DNA of 64,000 nucleotides from Terriglobia bacterium (lineage in GTDB: Bacteria > Acidobacteriota > Terriglobia > 20CM-2-55-15). Position numbers and translations under genes: made by a program. The first letter of the stretch is position 1, and every line of letters begins with the position of its first letter. Below the pieces are notes generated by a model. It ran no database searches, had not been told where the DNA came from, and saw only the letters and a program-made list of their open reading frames with translations. The DNA lies in NCBI GenBank assembly GCA_963664115.2, contig CAXWPJ010000010.1, positions 160,001-224,000 of the forward strand, read 5' to 3'. Shown one piece after another: positions 1 through 10,333 of this stretch.

Positions 1-3
1 TCC

Positions 4-2361
4 TCAGTCTTTCAGAGTCACAAGCGTCGCCCCACCACCGCCCTGGTTTTGGGGCGCAAGTTCGAAGCCCGACACGTTGGGATGCGATTCCAGGAACTCG
101 GACACCGCACGCCTGAGAACCCCCATGCCAGATCCGTGGACGATGCGAACGCTCAAAAGTCCAGTCAGGAGGGCGTCGTCCAGAAACTTGTCCAGGCGAG
201 AGATCGCCTCCTCAGCCCTACAGCCGATCAAGTTGATTTCGGTCGAATCCATCTGCTTTTCGGAAAAATCAAAATGAACATTCCGAGGCAACTCCAGAGG
301 CGGAGCCACTGTCTCGACGTCGTTGAAAGGACGCCTTGTTTTCATGTTGCCGACGGTCACCTCAACCTCGGAGGCCATAACCTCAGAAACCAGACCCTCA
401 ACGCCCAACGAGAGTACACGCACCCGGGCACCGGCTCGAGGAGCTGGAGTGGCCGCTACGGAGGGCGCATCGACCGTCTCTGGCTCGACGGGCTGTTGAA
501 CACGACGGATTTGCGCACCCGCCCGCACCCGGGCCCGATCCAGCGTTTTGTCGAAGCGTTTTCTGGCCTCGCGTCCCGCAGCGTCGAGTTCTTTGGCGGC
601 CGCATCGCGCAGCTCACCAACAATCGTGTCCAGGCGGGCTTCGATCCGATTTCTCTCCGCGCGACGTTCCTCTTCCAGGCGGCTGCGCATACCGGCCTTC
701 CACTCCTCAAAATCATGCCGTTCGGCCTCGAGCGCCCGCTTCTCGCCTTCCAGGCTTTTCACCCGGTCCTGGAGTTCCCGAACGTAACGGGCCGCATCCA
801 ATTCGCTCCGGTCCAGCGAATTTCTCGCTCGTTCGATCAACTCGGACGGAAGGCGCAGCCGTTGGGCGATATCCAAACCGCTCGACTGTCCAGCCAGGCC
901 ATCGATCAATCGGTACGTCGGTTCCAGCGTGGCCTCGTTGAACTCCATTGCTGCATTCCGGACACCATCCGTCGTCTCAGCATACATTTTGAGTCTGTTG
1001 TAGTGGGTCGACGCGAGCGTGAGCGACCCGACGCCCCGAAAATGCTCGAGGACAGCAATAGCCAGCGCCGCGCCCTCGGTCGGTTCTGTGCTCGAACCGA
1101 TTTCGTCGAGCAGGATCAAGGACCTTTCGGAGGCGGCGTCCACCATTGCCGAAACAGAAAGGACGTGAGCCGAAAACGTGCTGAGTTGGTTCGCAATCGA
1201 CTGCTGATCACCAATATCTGCCAAAACGTGATCCAGGATGGGAAGATCGGCTTTCTCGGCTGGGACGGGAATCCCGGACTGGGCCATTAGGGACAACAAT
1301 CCTATTGTTTTCAATACGATAGTCTTCCCGCCGGCATTCGGACCGCTGATAACCAGCACGCGTTCGTCAGCTTCCATCTCCAAGGTCAGTGGGACCGTCT
1401 CCCCGCCTTCGGACCGCAACCCTCGGTCCAGAATGGGGTGGCGAGCCGCGACGAGCCGAAGGGCACCATCGGAAAACTCAGGGCTTACGCAATCGAATTC
1501 CCGCCCCCAACAGGCAATGCCGAAAAGCACGTCCATTGCGGCCCTCAATCGAGCTGCGGCTCTCAAATCATCCGCGGAAGTCTGAATGCGATCCGTCAAC
1601 TCGCCCAATATTCTTTGAACCTCGCGTGCCTCCTCTTCTGCTAAACGCACGATGTCGTTGTTCATCTCGAGCGTCTCGAGGGGCTCCATGAAGACGGTGG
1701 CGCCACTGGAAGACGTCGCGTGAACGATTCCGTCGACGCTGCCCCGCTGCTCGGTTCGGATCGGAATGACGTATCGCCCATTGCGCATCGTGACCAGTTC
1801 ATCCTGGAGACGACCGGAAACTTCCTTGCTCTTCAAAATTGATTCCAGCTTGCGGTTCAATCGTCCGCGGGCTTTTTCCAGTTCGCGCCGAAGTCGCTTG
1901 AGCGTCGGGCTGTAGTCTTCGTTGATCTCTCCCCCACGAATGGCTCGACCCAGCAGGGAACGGAGGTCTTTGAGATCTGGGAAAGCCTGTCCCTTTTGAG
2001 CAAGCAAGGGGAAATCATGAGCGTCATCCTTCCATCGTGTGCGGAGGGACTCGGTTTCGGAGAGGAATTCGATAATGGCCTCAACTTCTTCGATGGCCAG
2101 GGTCACCCCGGCAAGACCGAGGCTATCCACTACGGAAGGCAGGAGGTCGATATCCCCAAACCCGAGACCGTGGTCACGCAGATACGCCATCGCTTCCCGA
2201 TTCAGGGCATGCTGCGCCTGAAGCCTGTCCTTGTCCGTCGTCGGTTTGAGGCGCTCGAGTCGGTCCCGCCCTCCCGAACTGCGGACGTAGGGCCTCAAGA
2301 GTGTCTTGAGTCTGTCGTATTCGAGGGGTTCAAGCGAAAAGTCCATCGGAATCAATATCAA
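4..2361 (-). CDS. mutS2: Endonuclease MutS2
   Basis: Walker [35 protein letters not shown], and C-terminal Smr domain ([11 protein letters not shown]). Confidence 0.95.
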   Translation of the reverse strand: MILIPMDFSLEPLEYDRLKTLLRPYVRSSGGRDRLERLKPTTDKDRLQAQHALNREAMAYLRDHGLGFGDIDLLPSVVDSLGLAGVTLAIEEVEAIIEFLSETESLRTRWKDDAHDFPLLAQKGQAFPDLKDLRSLLGRAIRGGEINEDYSPTLKRLRRELEKARGRLNRKLESILKSKEVSGRLQDELVTMRNGRYVIPIRTEQRGSVDGIVHATSSSGATVFMEPLETLEMNNDIVRLAEEEAREVQRILGELTDRIQTSADDLRAAARLRAAMDVLFGIACWGREFDCVSPEFSDGALRLVAARHPILDRGLRSEGGETVPLTLEMEADERVLVISGPNAGGKTIVLKTIGLLSLMAQSGIPVPAEKADLPILDHVLADIGDQQSIANQLSTFSAHVLSVSAMVDAASERSLILLDEIGSSTEPTEGAALAIAVLEHFRGVGSLTLASTHYNRLKMYAETTDGVRNAAMEFNEATLEPTYRLIDGLAGQSSGLDIAQRLRLPSELIERARNSLDRSELDAARYVRELQDRVKSLEGEKRALEAERHDFEEWKAGMRSRLEEERRAERNRIEARLDTIVGELRDAAAKELDAAGREARKRFDKTLDRARVRAGAQIRRVQQPVEPETVDAPSVAATPAPRAGARVRVLSLGVEGLVSEVMASEVEVTVGNMKTRRPFNDVETVAPPLELPRNVHFDFSEKQMDSTEINLIGCRAEEAISRLDKFLDDALLTGLLSVRIVHGSGMGVLRRAVSEFLESHPNVSGFELAPQNQGGGGATLVTLKD

Positions 2362-3104
2362 AGCCGATTGATCAAACTGGCGACGATGCCGGCTCCAAAG
2401 CCGTTGTCGATGTTGACCACGCTCACGTTTGCGGAACAGGAATTAAGCATTCCCAGCAACGCAGCCACGCCGCCAAAGCTTGCACCGTAACCGATGCTGG
2501 TGGGTACGGCGATCACCGGGACACCAACGAGTCCACCGACAACGCTGGGCAAGGCTCCTTCCATTCCGGCCACAACGATGAGGACACGGGCATCGGTCAA
2601 TCGGTCCCGCCGGTCCAAGAGCCGATGCAAACCCGCAACCCCCACGTCATAAAGCGAATCGACCGTGTTACCCATCACCTCGAGAGTCACGACCGCTTCC
2701 TCAGCTACGGGGATATCGGAGGTGCCCGCCGAAAGAACCAGGACCGTTCCCTTCCCTTTCAACGACGCATCCTTGACTATCGAAATCGCTCCGGAACCGG
2801 AATGGAAGCGGGCATCCGGCGCCAGTTCCCGAACACGCTCGTAGGCCGAGGCACTGGACCGGGTCACCAGGACGTTGTGATCCCGATCCAGCATGACACG
2901 CACGATTTCAAGTACTTGCTCGTCGGTCTTTCCGGCCCCGAACACTACCTCGGGATAACCCTGCCGGACAGAGCGATGGTGGTCGACGTTTGCAAAATCC
3001 AGATCCTCGAAGGGCAGGTTCCGAAACCGGTCGACGGCGTCACCCACGGACAGTTCGCCCTTCCGATAACTCTCAAGAACACGTTTGATTTCTGCTTCGG
3101 TCAT
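2358..3104 (-). CDS. larB: Nickel-pincer cofactor biosynthesis protein LarB (AIR carboxylase-like)
   Basis: [61 protein letters not shown] motifs. Confidence 0.92.
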   Translation of the reverse strand: MTEAEIKRVLESYRKGELSVGDAVDRFRNLPFEDLDFANVDHHRSVRQGYPEVVFGAGKTDEQVLEIVRVMLDRDHNVLVTRSSASAYERVRELAPDARFHSGSGAISIVKDASLKGKGTVLVLSAGTSDIPVAEEAVVTLEVMGNTVDSLYDVGVAGLHRLLDRRDRLTDARVLIVVAGMEGALPSVVGGLVGVPVIAVPTSIGYGASFGGVAALLGMLNSCSANVSVVNIDNGFGAGIVASLINRL

Positions 3105-3202
3105 TGGAAGAAGTGATGAGCGACACGTGACGCGTCAGGAACAAGAATCCCGCGCGTCACTTGTCACTATACCCAAAAACTACTGGCGCTCCACACTGAG
3201 GT

Positions 3203-4090
3203 TTGGCTATGGTGAGGCTTTGGAGACAGCGCGCAGTGTGGCATAAGCTCAAGATAACACTCCAGATGATCACGTTCGAGCACACGGTGTTTGCGCTGCC
3301 GTTCGCGCTGATCGCCGCGCTCCTCGCCCAGAACGGTCTCCCCAGCGCCTGGCAGGTCTTCTGGATTGTTGCAGCGATGGTCGGCGCTCGAAGTGCGGCG
3401 ATGACCTTCAACCGGATCGTAGACCTGGACTACGACAGGGCGAATCCCAGAACCCGGGAGCGAGCCCTGCCCTCAGGCCGGCTTTCGATGAGCTTTGCAG
3501 TAATTTTCACGGCGACCATGTCCGCGTTGTTCCTGATATCTGCTGGAATGTTGAATCGGCTCTGTCTTTACCTGTCGGTGCCAACGCTCCTCGTCCTGCT
3601 GGGCTATTCCTATACGAAGCGGTTTACCTTGCTCAGCCACTTTGTCCTCGGATTCGCGATCGGACTCGCGCCAGTGGGCGCATGGCTGGCCATCAGTGGG
3701 GAGATTGCACTCTCTCCGATACTGCTGGGGTTTACGGTCATGCTGTGGATCGCTGGATTCGATCTTATCTACTCCTGTCAGGACTCGGAGTTCGACCGTC
3801 AAAGCCGATTGTTTTCGATTCCCGCGCACTGGGGTAAGCACAGAGCGCTCGTTGTGTCCTCTCTCCTGCACGTCGCAACCGTGATCGTGCTGTTCGCAAT
3901 CGCCTGGCTCAGCAACCTGGGTGCAGTCGCGTATGGCGGAATCGCGGTCGTTGCTGCGATACTGTATTGGGAACACACCATTGTTCGGCCCGATGATTTG
4001 AGCCGGATAAACGTTGCATTCTTTACCCTGAACGGATACGTCAGCCTGTTGCTGCTGGCGGCCTTCGCCATGGACATTCTGGTGTCCTGA
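3203..4090 (+). CDS. UbiA-family polyprenyltransferase (MqnP-like, menaquinone/futalosine type)
   Basis: FEHTVFALPF, NRIVDLDYDRANPRT, YSYTKRFT, FDLIYSCQD motifs; multiple TM helices. Confidence 0.88.
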   Translation: MAMVRLWRQRAVWHKLKITLQMITFEHTVFALPFALIAALLAQNGLPSAWQVFWIVAAMVGARSAAMTFNRIVDLDYDRANPRTRERALPSGRLSMSFAVIFTATMSALFLISAGMLNRLCLYLSVPTLLVLLGYSYTKRFTLLSHFVLGFAIGLAPVGAWLAISGEIALSPILLGFTVMLWIAGFDLIYSCQDSEFDRQSRLFSIPAHWGKHRALVVSSLLHVATVIVLFAIAWLSNLGAVAYGGIAVVAAILYWEHTIVRPDDLSRINVAFFTLNGYVSLLLLAAFAMDILVS

Positions 4091-4108
4091 GTCAGAGTCC
4101 AGACTGAG

Positions 4109-5350
4109 GTGGTCATGAAACAGTTCGCGTTTACGTGTTTGATGCTCTCGGCAACCCTCGCGTTGGGACTTCAGCGAGAACCCCTGGAGCAGTACCAGGC
4201 CCGTCGGCAGCAGCTGGCTGCGGAACTCGACGGCGCGATTGTCCTCTCTGCGGCCCCCGCTGAGGATCTTGTCCAGTATCAACAGGAAGACAATTTCTAC
4301 TACCTCACAGGATTTAGGGAACCCGACTCCATTCTCTTACTCGATGCCACAAGCGACACGATGCGGGAGTTTCTTTTTATCCCTCCCCGGGATCTGGACG
4401 AAGAACGCTGGACCGGGGTCAAGCTGGGTCCGGGTTTCGAAGCGGCCGAGCAGACCGGAATTGGGGAGGTCGAAGAACTGGACGCGTTTGGAGATCGGCT
4501 CAAGGCCGTCCTCAAAATCACAAACACGGTTTATACATTGACCGATGAGGAGTCCGATCTCTCACGATTGCGTGAGGTCGCACCGAGAGCAAACTTCGAG
4601 GACATCCGATCTGCGATCGCCGCTATGCGCCAGGTCAAGGCTCCGACGGAAATCTCCTTACTGGAAAAAGCGATCGAGCTGACGATGAACGCGCATGAGG
4701 CGGCGGCCTCGATTATTCGGCCCGAGGTCATGGAATACGAGGTGGAAGCCATCATCGAATACGAGTTCCGGCAGGGTGGGGCCGAACGGCCGGCCTTCCC
4801 GTCAATCGTCGGTTCGGGCCCGTTCGCATCCATCCTCCACTACGACCGCAACGACCGGAGAATGCTTGACGGCGACCTCGTTGTGGTCGATATCGGTGCC
4901 GAGTATGGCGGCTACACGGCCGATGTTACGCGAACATACCCGGTCAACGGGAGGTTCACCGAGCGGCAGCGGGAGATATACCAGATTGTCCTGGATGCAC
5001 AGAAAGCGGCTCTCGAAAAGGTGCGGCCTGGCGCACGGACAGGCGGCGCCGATGGCATCCATGCCGCGGCCCGGGAATATATCGAATCAAAGGGCTACGG
5101 CGATTACTTCATTCATGGCACCAGCCACCATATCGGACTCCACGTTCATGACGTCGGCGACACGCGCCGCGAATTGGAACCCAACATGGTTTTGACGGTC
5201 GAACCGGGGATTTATATTCCGGACGAAAACATCGGCATACGGATTGAAGACGACGTGGTCGTAACGGAAACCGGTTACCGTATGCTTTCAGACTTCCCGC
5301 GGGAAATCGATGAGATCGAAGCGTTAATGGCACCAGGCAGTGACGAGTGA
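4109..5350 (+). CDS. Xaa-Pro aminopeptidase (M24B), with signal peptide
   Basis: DIGAEYGGYTADVTRT, HGTSHHIGLHVHD, TVEPGIY, GIRIEDD metal-binding motifs. Confidence 0.92.
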   Translation: MVMKQFAFTCLMLSATLALGLQREPLEQYQARRQQLAAELDGAIVLSAAPAEDLVQYQQEDNFYYLTGFREPDSILLLDATSDTMREFLFIPPRDLDEERWTGVKLGPGFEAAEQTGIGEVEELDAFGDRLKAVLKITNTVYTLTDEESDLSRLREVAPRANFEDIRSAIAAMRQVKAPTEISLLEKAIELTMNAHEAAASIIRPEVMEYEVEAIIEYEFRQGGAERPAFPSIVGSGPFASILHYDRNDRRMLDGDLVVVDIGAEYGGYTADVTRTYPVNGRFTERQREIYQIVLDAQKAALEKVRPGARTGGADGIHAAAREYIESKGYGDYFIHGTSHHIGLHVHDVGDTRRELEPNMVLTVEPGIYIPDENIGIRIEDDVVVTETGYRMLSDFPREIDEIEALMAPGSDE

Positions 5351-5468
5351 CAGGCAAAACAGTTAAGAGTTAAGAGTGAGAAGGGCACACCCGGACGATC
5401 TGACTGATAATTCATAACGTCTTCGGTCACTTACCACTCTCAACCCATCATTTTCAGGAAGTAATTCT

Positions 5469-6032
5469 ATGATTCAATCGACCCAACTGCGCAACGGAAA
5501 CATTATCCGCATAGACAACGACCTGTTTCGCGTCGTGGGCTTTCAGCACCTGACGCCGGGCAAGGGCCATGGCTTCATGCAAACCAAACTTAAAAACCTG
5601 CGATCTGGCGCGATCGTCGAACGCCGTTTCCGTTCTGACGACACAGTTGAGAGAGCGATCCTCGACAAACGCGAAATGGAGTACCTCTACAGCGAGGGGG
5701 ATACGCATTTTTTCATGGACACCGAAACTTACGATCAGACCCACTTCATGTCTGACATCCTTGGCGACACCATGCAGTACCTGGTCGCTAACGCCAAGAT
5801 CGAAGTCGAGTTCTACGAAGAAAAAGCCGTCGGCATCGCCCTCCCCGCGACTGTCGACCTCAAGGTCGTGGAAACCGAACCGGGCATGCGCACGGCGACG
5901 GTGAGCAACGTCCTCAAACCGGCTACCACGGAGACGGGTCTCGTTGTCGGGGTGCCCCACTTTATATCCGAGGGTGAGGTTGTCCGCGTCGACACCCAGG
6001 AAGGCAAGTACGTCGAACGGGTGAGGGAATAG
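5469..6032 (+). CDS. efp: Elongation factor P
   Basis: HLTPGKG loop, KLKNLRSG, KPATTETG..VPHFI, VRVDT motifs. Confidence 0.96.
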   Translation: MIQSTQLRNGNIIRIDNDLFRVVGFQHLTPGKGHGFMQTKLKNLRSGAIVERRFRSDDTVERAILDKREMEYLYSEGDTHFFMDTETYDQTHFMSDILGDTMQYLVANAKIEVEFYEEKAVGIALPATVDLKVVETEPGMRTATVSNVLKPATTETGLVVGVPHFISEGEVVRVDTQEGKYVERVRE

Positions 6033-6093
6033 GGGGGGGATCTGCTTTTTCCTATCGCAGACCAGTGAACTCAGTCAGACGTTCTCGATTTAA

Positions 6094-6288
6094 GATTTCG
6101 CTCGGTCGTTCAATCGGCCATCCTGGCCGAACGACCGGCGACCCTCTCCATCATCCTGATGGAGAGGCGTATTGGGGGATTAAGAGACCTTGATCCGGTT
6201 CTTATGAAGACCCGCAGCGTTCCTCGCTGCGGGTGGACCCAGAGGCGGAGCCGGAGCTTTCCAGAAAAAGCTGCGCAGCCGAGGCGTC
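6094..6288. repeat. Structured intergenic element, copy 1 (homologous to 20083-20309 in inverted orientation)
   Basis: Shared blocks GATTTCGCTCGGTCGTT, ACCGGCGACCCTC.CCATCATCCTGATGG.GAGGC, GACCCGC...GCGGGTGGAC, AGCCGAGGCGTC; hairpins at 6143-6167 and 6210-6234. Confidence 0.8.
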
Positions 6289-6357
6289 TGAGTAAGAAAG
6301 ATGATCTCCGAACTCCAAGAACTATCAAGCACCGAACTTCTGACCGAAGACGCTGAA

Positions 6358-7752
6358 CTAAGCAGACATCATCTCCGCGATCAAGCCAAGCAGAACCTCC
6401 TCTTCGTCCCGGGACACCGTACGTAAATCCAGAAGAACGCGATCATCTTCGATCCGGACGATGACAGGCGGCTTGGTCCGCCGAAAGCGGTTTTCCATCT
6501 CCGTAGCAGAAATCTGCCCGGGAGACAGCGCGACACCCCAGGACGGGATTTCGACTCCCGGCACGGAGCCTCCACCGACGACAGACTTCAAGGATATCGG
6601 CGTAACGGCCGGATTGCCTGCCCGACGCGCCATGGCCTCAGACCGGTCGCGGAGTTCGGATTCATCGGCACCCAGCATGCCCAAGGCTGGGATGCCAGAG
6701 CTATCCCCTCTCAGGTGCATGAGCAAGACGATTTCCAAGACCGATAAGGTCAGCTTGTCGACACGGAGAGCCCGGAACAGTGGATTCTTGCGAATTCGAT
6801 CGATCAGCGCATTCCTGCCTGCAACGATCCCGGCCTGGGGGCCACCCATCAGTTTGTCGCCGCTGAAGGAAACAACGTCCACGCCGGCGTCGATACTTTC
6901 TTTCGGAAGCGGCTCGTCGGTAATCGCGGCATTCGGCATATCAGCCAGGCAGCCACTGCCGATATCTTCATATGTCGGGATCTTCGAACTACGCCCCAGT
7001 TCCACAAAGTCTTTGAGCGAAGGCCGCTCTGTAAAACCAATGACTCTGAAATTGCTGGGATGGACTCGGAGCAGCAGTCGCGTTTCGGGACCGGTCCCCG
7101 CCGCATAGTCCTCGATTCGTGTCCGGTTGGTTGTCCCGATCTCGCGGAGACGGGCGCCGCTTTTGACCATCACTTCGGGAATTCTGAAGGAGCCCCCGAT
7201 CTCCACGGCTTCACCGCGGGAGACCAGGACCTCACCGCCCTCGGCCAGAGAATTCAGCACCAGCAGAACGGCAGCAGCGTTGTTGTTGACCACAAGCGCC
7301 GCTTCCGATCCCAGCAGCTCGTTGATCAAACCGACGACGTGGCCGTCCCTCTTGCCGCGGGTTCCGTCCTCAAGATTGAACTCGAGATTGGAATAGCCCA
7401 TCGACACGTCCCGCAGATGATCGATCGCGGCTACGGGCACCGGCGCCCTTCCAAGATTCGTGTGAAGAACGACTCCTGACGCGTTGATGACACGCGTGAG
7501 CGACGGTGTGAGAAAGCGCTCGATCCGGACGCACAGCTCTAAAGCAGCATCTCGGGTCAGCTCCTCCCTGGTAGCCTCCTGGGAGGCCTCAGAGTCCTCC
7601 GCTCGCAACCGGGCGCGCGTTTCCACCAGCACGGCATTCAATAGTCTGGAAACGAACGGTTGATCGAGGACGGGACCGAAATGGCTCAGTTCCTTGCGCT
7701 CCAGCACATCGTTAACCGGGGGAATTTTGCGCAGGGCCTTCATGACGGCCAT
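6358..7752 (-). CDS. selA: L-seryl-tRNA(Sec) selenium transferase
   Basis: VINASGVVLHTNLGRAP, VVNNNAAAV, EIGGSFRIP, FSGDKLMGGPQAG (PLP lysine). Confidence 0.95.
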   Translation of the reverse strand: MAVMKALRKIPPVNDVLERKELSHFGPVLDQPFVSRLLNAVLVETRARLRAEDSEASQEATREELTRDAALELCVRIERFLTPSLTRVINASGVVLHTNLGRAPVPVAAIDHLRDVSMGYSNLEFNLEDGTRGKRDGHVVGLINELLGSEAALVVNNNAAAVLLVLNSLAEGGEVLVSRGEAVEIGGSFRIPEVMVKSGARLREIGTTNRTRIEDYAAGTGPETRLLLRVHPSNFRVIGFTERPSLKDFVELGRSSKIPTYEDIGSGCLADMPNAAITDEPLPKESIDAGVDVVSFSGDKLMGGPQAGIVAGRNALIDRIRKNPLFRALRVDKLTLSVLEIVLLMHLRGDSSGIPALGMLGADESELRDRSEAMARRAGNPAVTPISLKSVVGGGSVPGVEIPSWGVALSPGQISATEMENRFRRTKPPVIVRIEDDRVLLDLRTVSRDEEEVLLGLIAEMMSA

Positions 7753-7828
7753 TTCAGCATACCGAACCTTGATTTACAATTGGGGACCGGTCTTGGTACA
7801 CCGCACGGAGAGAATCTCGCTGACAATC

Positions 7829-8425
7829 ATGCTGCGTTCATCGATTATTTGCGTGTCCATTCTAGCGCTGCTGGCATTCGCACAGCCGGCCGTCGCCTGG
7901 CCCGACGCCGCCTATTCGGAAATTTTCAACAACGCGGCCGGCGTCCTGCCTCCGCCGCTGAAACAACTTCTGGAGGACATCGGATTCTCACCGAACCCCT
8001 CGTGCGCCACAACCCGTGTGGAGGGGGCTGTGGAGCAGGCGATCCAGGAGTTTTCCAGCCCCAACGGCAGTCTTCCACGCGCAATCAGCGCCATGAAGGA
8101 TGCCGGTTGCGCGATCGCGGCATTGAATGATCCCGGGATGAATGCTCTGGTGGAATCACAGCAACAGAATTTCGCGCTAGTCTTCTACGGATGGCATCCC
8201 GTGATCGAAGCAGGCAACCTGGGGGAGTACCTGCGTGTCCGGAACGAAGAACGCCAGCGACTTCTAAACCGCTTCGGACGGAGTTCGGAACTTCCGAATC
8301 TGTCCGAAAACGTGGAACTGTCCCCGGAATTCGGCATGGCATCCATCGCCTTTTCCCACGCAGTCACTGATGTCGCTAACATATGGCTCTACGTTTGGAC
8401 CTCCGTTAACGGCGCTTTGCAGTAG
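7829..8425 (+). CDS. Hypothetical secreted protein
   Basis: Signal-peptide-like N-terminus from ATG 7829 (MLRSSIICVSILALLAFAQPAVA); ORF fills the gap between selA and IS1380. Confidence 0.65.
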   Translation: MLRSSIICVSILALLAFAQPAVAWPDAAYSEIFNNAAGVLPPPLKQLLEDIGFSPNPSCATTRVEGAVEQAIQEFSSPNGSLPRAISAMKDAGCAIAALNDPGMNALVESQQQNFALVFYGWHPVIEAGNLGEYLRVRNEERQRLLNRFGRSSELPNLSENVELSPEFGMASIAFSHAVTDVANIWLYVWTSVNGALQ

Positions 8426-8441
8426 ATAGACACACCACTAG

Positions 8442-10290
8442 TCCCAAAACAAGCGCATAACCAGTCCGCCGAGGCCCAGTTCGCGCCGATAGAATTCGAG
8501 GCATAGAATCCCGTTCCCGGATGGCCTGTTCCAGGTATCGAGTTTCTGTTGAATCTGTTTCAGTTCAGCCTCGCTGGTGTTGGACGGTTGACAGAAACCG
8601 GGACCTCGATCGCCCGGGCTCAGAGTCATGATCGGGTCAACATCGCAGAGGCTGACGCAACACATCCACCCCGCGGAACAAGACCGGCAACCACCGGTTC
8701 CAGGCCAGGATCCGGAACAGAATGCGCCGCCCGGTGCGCACGAGTTGGCACGGCACAAGCATGAAAGCGTTCAAGAAGGTTTTGAACTCCATGCGCAGCA
8801 CGGTTTGCTTCTCAGCCTGATATTTTTGGCCCCAACGTCCGGTTTCGGGAAGCAGCAATGCAAACCACGCTTTCAGTGTCCAGGCCAGTGACGCGATCAC
8901 CATGTAGGCCCAGTTGCTGGTCTGATCTCCGACCGGCATCCGCAACGCCTGAACGCCGTTCTTCAACTGCTCAATGAGATTCTCCTGATTGCACCGTTGA
9001 TTGGCACGCATCACAATCTGGTCGGCCGGATCCGAACGGTTGGTAATGTAGAAGAAGTACCGGATGTCGTCAAACAACACCTGCTCTCCTTTGGCCACCG
9101 ACAGATTCTTCCGCACCACGACGACACGGTAGTCCCGATCGCAGGCTCCGGGTCGATACCGAAACTCGGCCACATCCTCACCCTGCAAGCGGATATTGTC
9201 GAAACCGCGCTGCCGAACGATCTCTTCCTTCACGTTGTCGGGACGTTGGCGCGGTTCGGTCGCCACGTCGTATTTCGCGGGCCGTTCCAGGCGCTTCCAC
9301 TGGCGCGGCTCCAGTTCATCGGCCCGGGCCTTCAGGTTCGCCATCGCGTCAATCCCGAATATGAAACCCACCTGCTGGTCGTCCCATCCGTCCAGATGCC
9401 GGGTCTGGCTGAAGTCCGTGTCCCCGCGCAGCAGGATCTGGCGAAACCCCGCATGCCGGCACAATGCGATGGCTTGGTCGAACCGGACCGCGGCTCCTTC
9501 ATGCGACGGCCGGTTGCCGCTACGATTGACCAGATACAGCGGTTCGGCGGTGTTGGCCAGCGAGATCATCAGCGGGTGATATCCCCACGTCCCGTCGTAG
9601 GCCACGTCCATCCCTTGCTTGCATTCCCCCGTGGTTTCGGCCAGTGTCCCGTCCGCGTCCAACACCGCTTCTTCGAAAAACGCCGCCGGTTGCTGTCGCC
9701 AGACTCCGAGCCGGACTTGATTGGTTGCCTCCATCAGACACTCCACGTCGTCGGCCTCGAATCTCCGGCAGAAGTCTCCCGCCGTCGTCGGATCCGGAAT
9801 CCGTTGCGCTCCCAGCGCATCCAGATACACCGCATCGTTGCGCCGCAGTTCGATGTCTTCCAGGCACGTTCCTCCGCTCAAGGCGTTGTAGGCGATGTTC
9901 AGCACGTGATCCGACTCGTGATACGGCAGGTGCCGCTTCAACACATGCACGCCCTTGTCGATGGCTTCGATCAGCCCGGTCCGCCGCGCCACCAGTTGCA
10001 TCGTCCCGATACCACCAACCGATGTGCCCCGCGTCCGCTCTCCCATCTCGTACTGAATGTTGCTCGCCGAAAACATCGGCTCTACCTGATCCGTCCAATG
10101 CCGGTCCCCAAGCCGACGTTCGATTCGCCGCTTGCGGTTCCTCATGTTCTTGCGCGTATAATCGTTCATCTGAAATGCCTCCTTTTCCGAAGAATCTGTT
10201 CAAGGTTTTTTTCGCACGGAGAGGGGGCATTTCGGGTACTTCCGCTCTTATTGCACTATCATTTCCTCGTCAATCACCCTTGTTCAGGGT
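8442..10290 (-). mobile_element. IS1380-family insertion sequence
   Basis: Imperfect terminal IRs (CCCAAAACAAGCG / CCCTGAACAAGGG) flanked by CTAG at 8438 and 10291; exact ends uncertain by 1 bp. Confidence 0.82.
8637..10169 (-). CDS. IS1380-family transposase
   Basis: LDADGT, GYHPL, LRGDTDF, NQRCNQENLIEQLK motifs (DDE_Tnp_1_4 type). Confidence 0.9.
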   Translation of the reverse strand: MNDYTRKNMRNRKRRIERRLGDRHWTDQVEPMFSASNIQYEMGERTRGTSVGGIGTMQLVARRTGLIEAIDKGVHVLKRHLPYHESDHVLNIAYNALSGGTCLEDIELRRNDAVYLDALGAQRIPDPTTAGDFCRRFEADDVECLMEATNQVRLGVWRQQPAAFFEEAVLDADGTLAETTGECKQGMDVAYDGTWGYHPLMISLANTAEPLYLVNRSGNRPSHEGAAVRFDQAIALCRHAGFRQILLRGDTDFSQTRHLDGWDDQQVGFIFGIDAMANLKARADELEPRQWKRLERPAKYDVATEPRQRPDNVKEEIVRQRGFDNIRLQGEDVAEFRYRPGACDRDYRVVVVRKNLSVAKGEQVLFDDIRYFFYITNRSDPADQIVMRANQRCNQENLIEQLKNGVQALRMPVGDQTSNWAYMVIASLAWTLKAWFALLLPETGRWGQKYQAEKQTVLRMEFKTFLNAFMLVPCQLVRTGRRILFRILAWNRWLPVLFRGVDVLRQPLRC

Positions 10291-10333
10291 CTAGTGTGGT
10301 TTCTACGGCATCGGTATCCCCCGGAGGTTAGGT

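Noticed and set aside
49-1290. Long antisense or alternative-frame ORFs (e.g. 49-1290, 8997-10331, 34413-35585, 49928-51202)
   Set aside because: Shadow ORFs of well-supported genes in high-GC DNA, with no recognisable motifs
5362-5445. Heptamer-like repeats GTTAAGA with a partial inverted copy
   Set aside because: Only 2-3 degenerate units; at most a weak hairpin or terminator
6094-6288. Possible tRNA-Sec or hammerhead ribozyme next to selA
   Set aside because: No TCA anticodon loop or T-arm; CTGATGG is not CUGANGA and lies inside a stem; the element is repeated elsewhere
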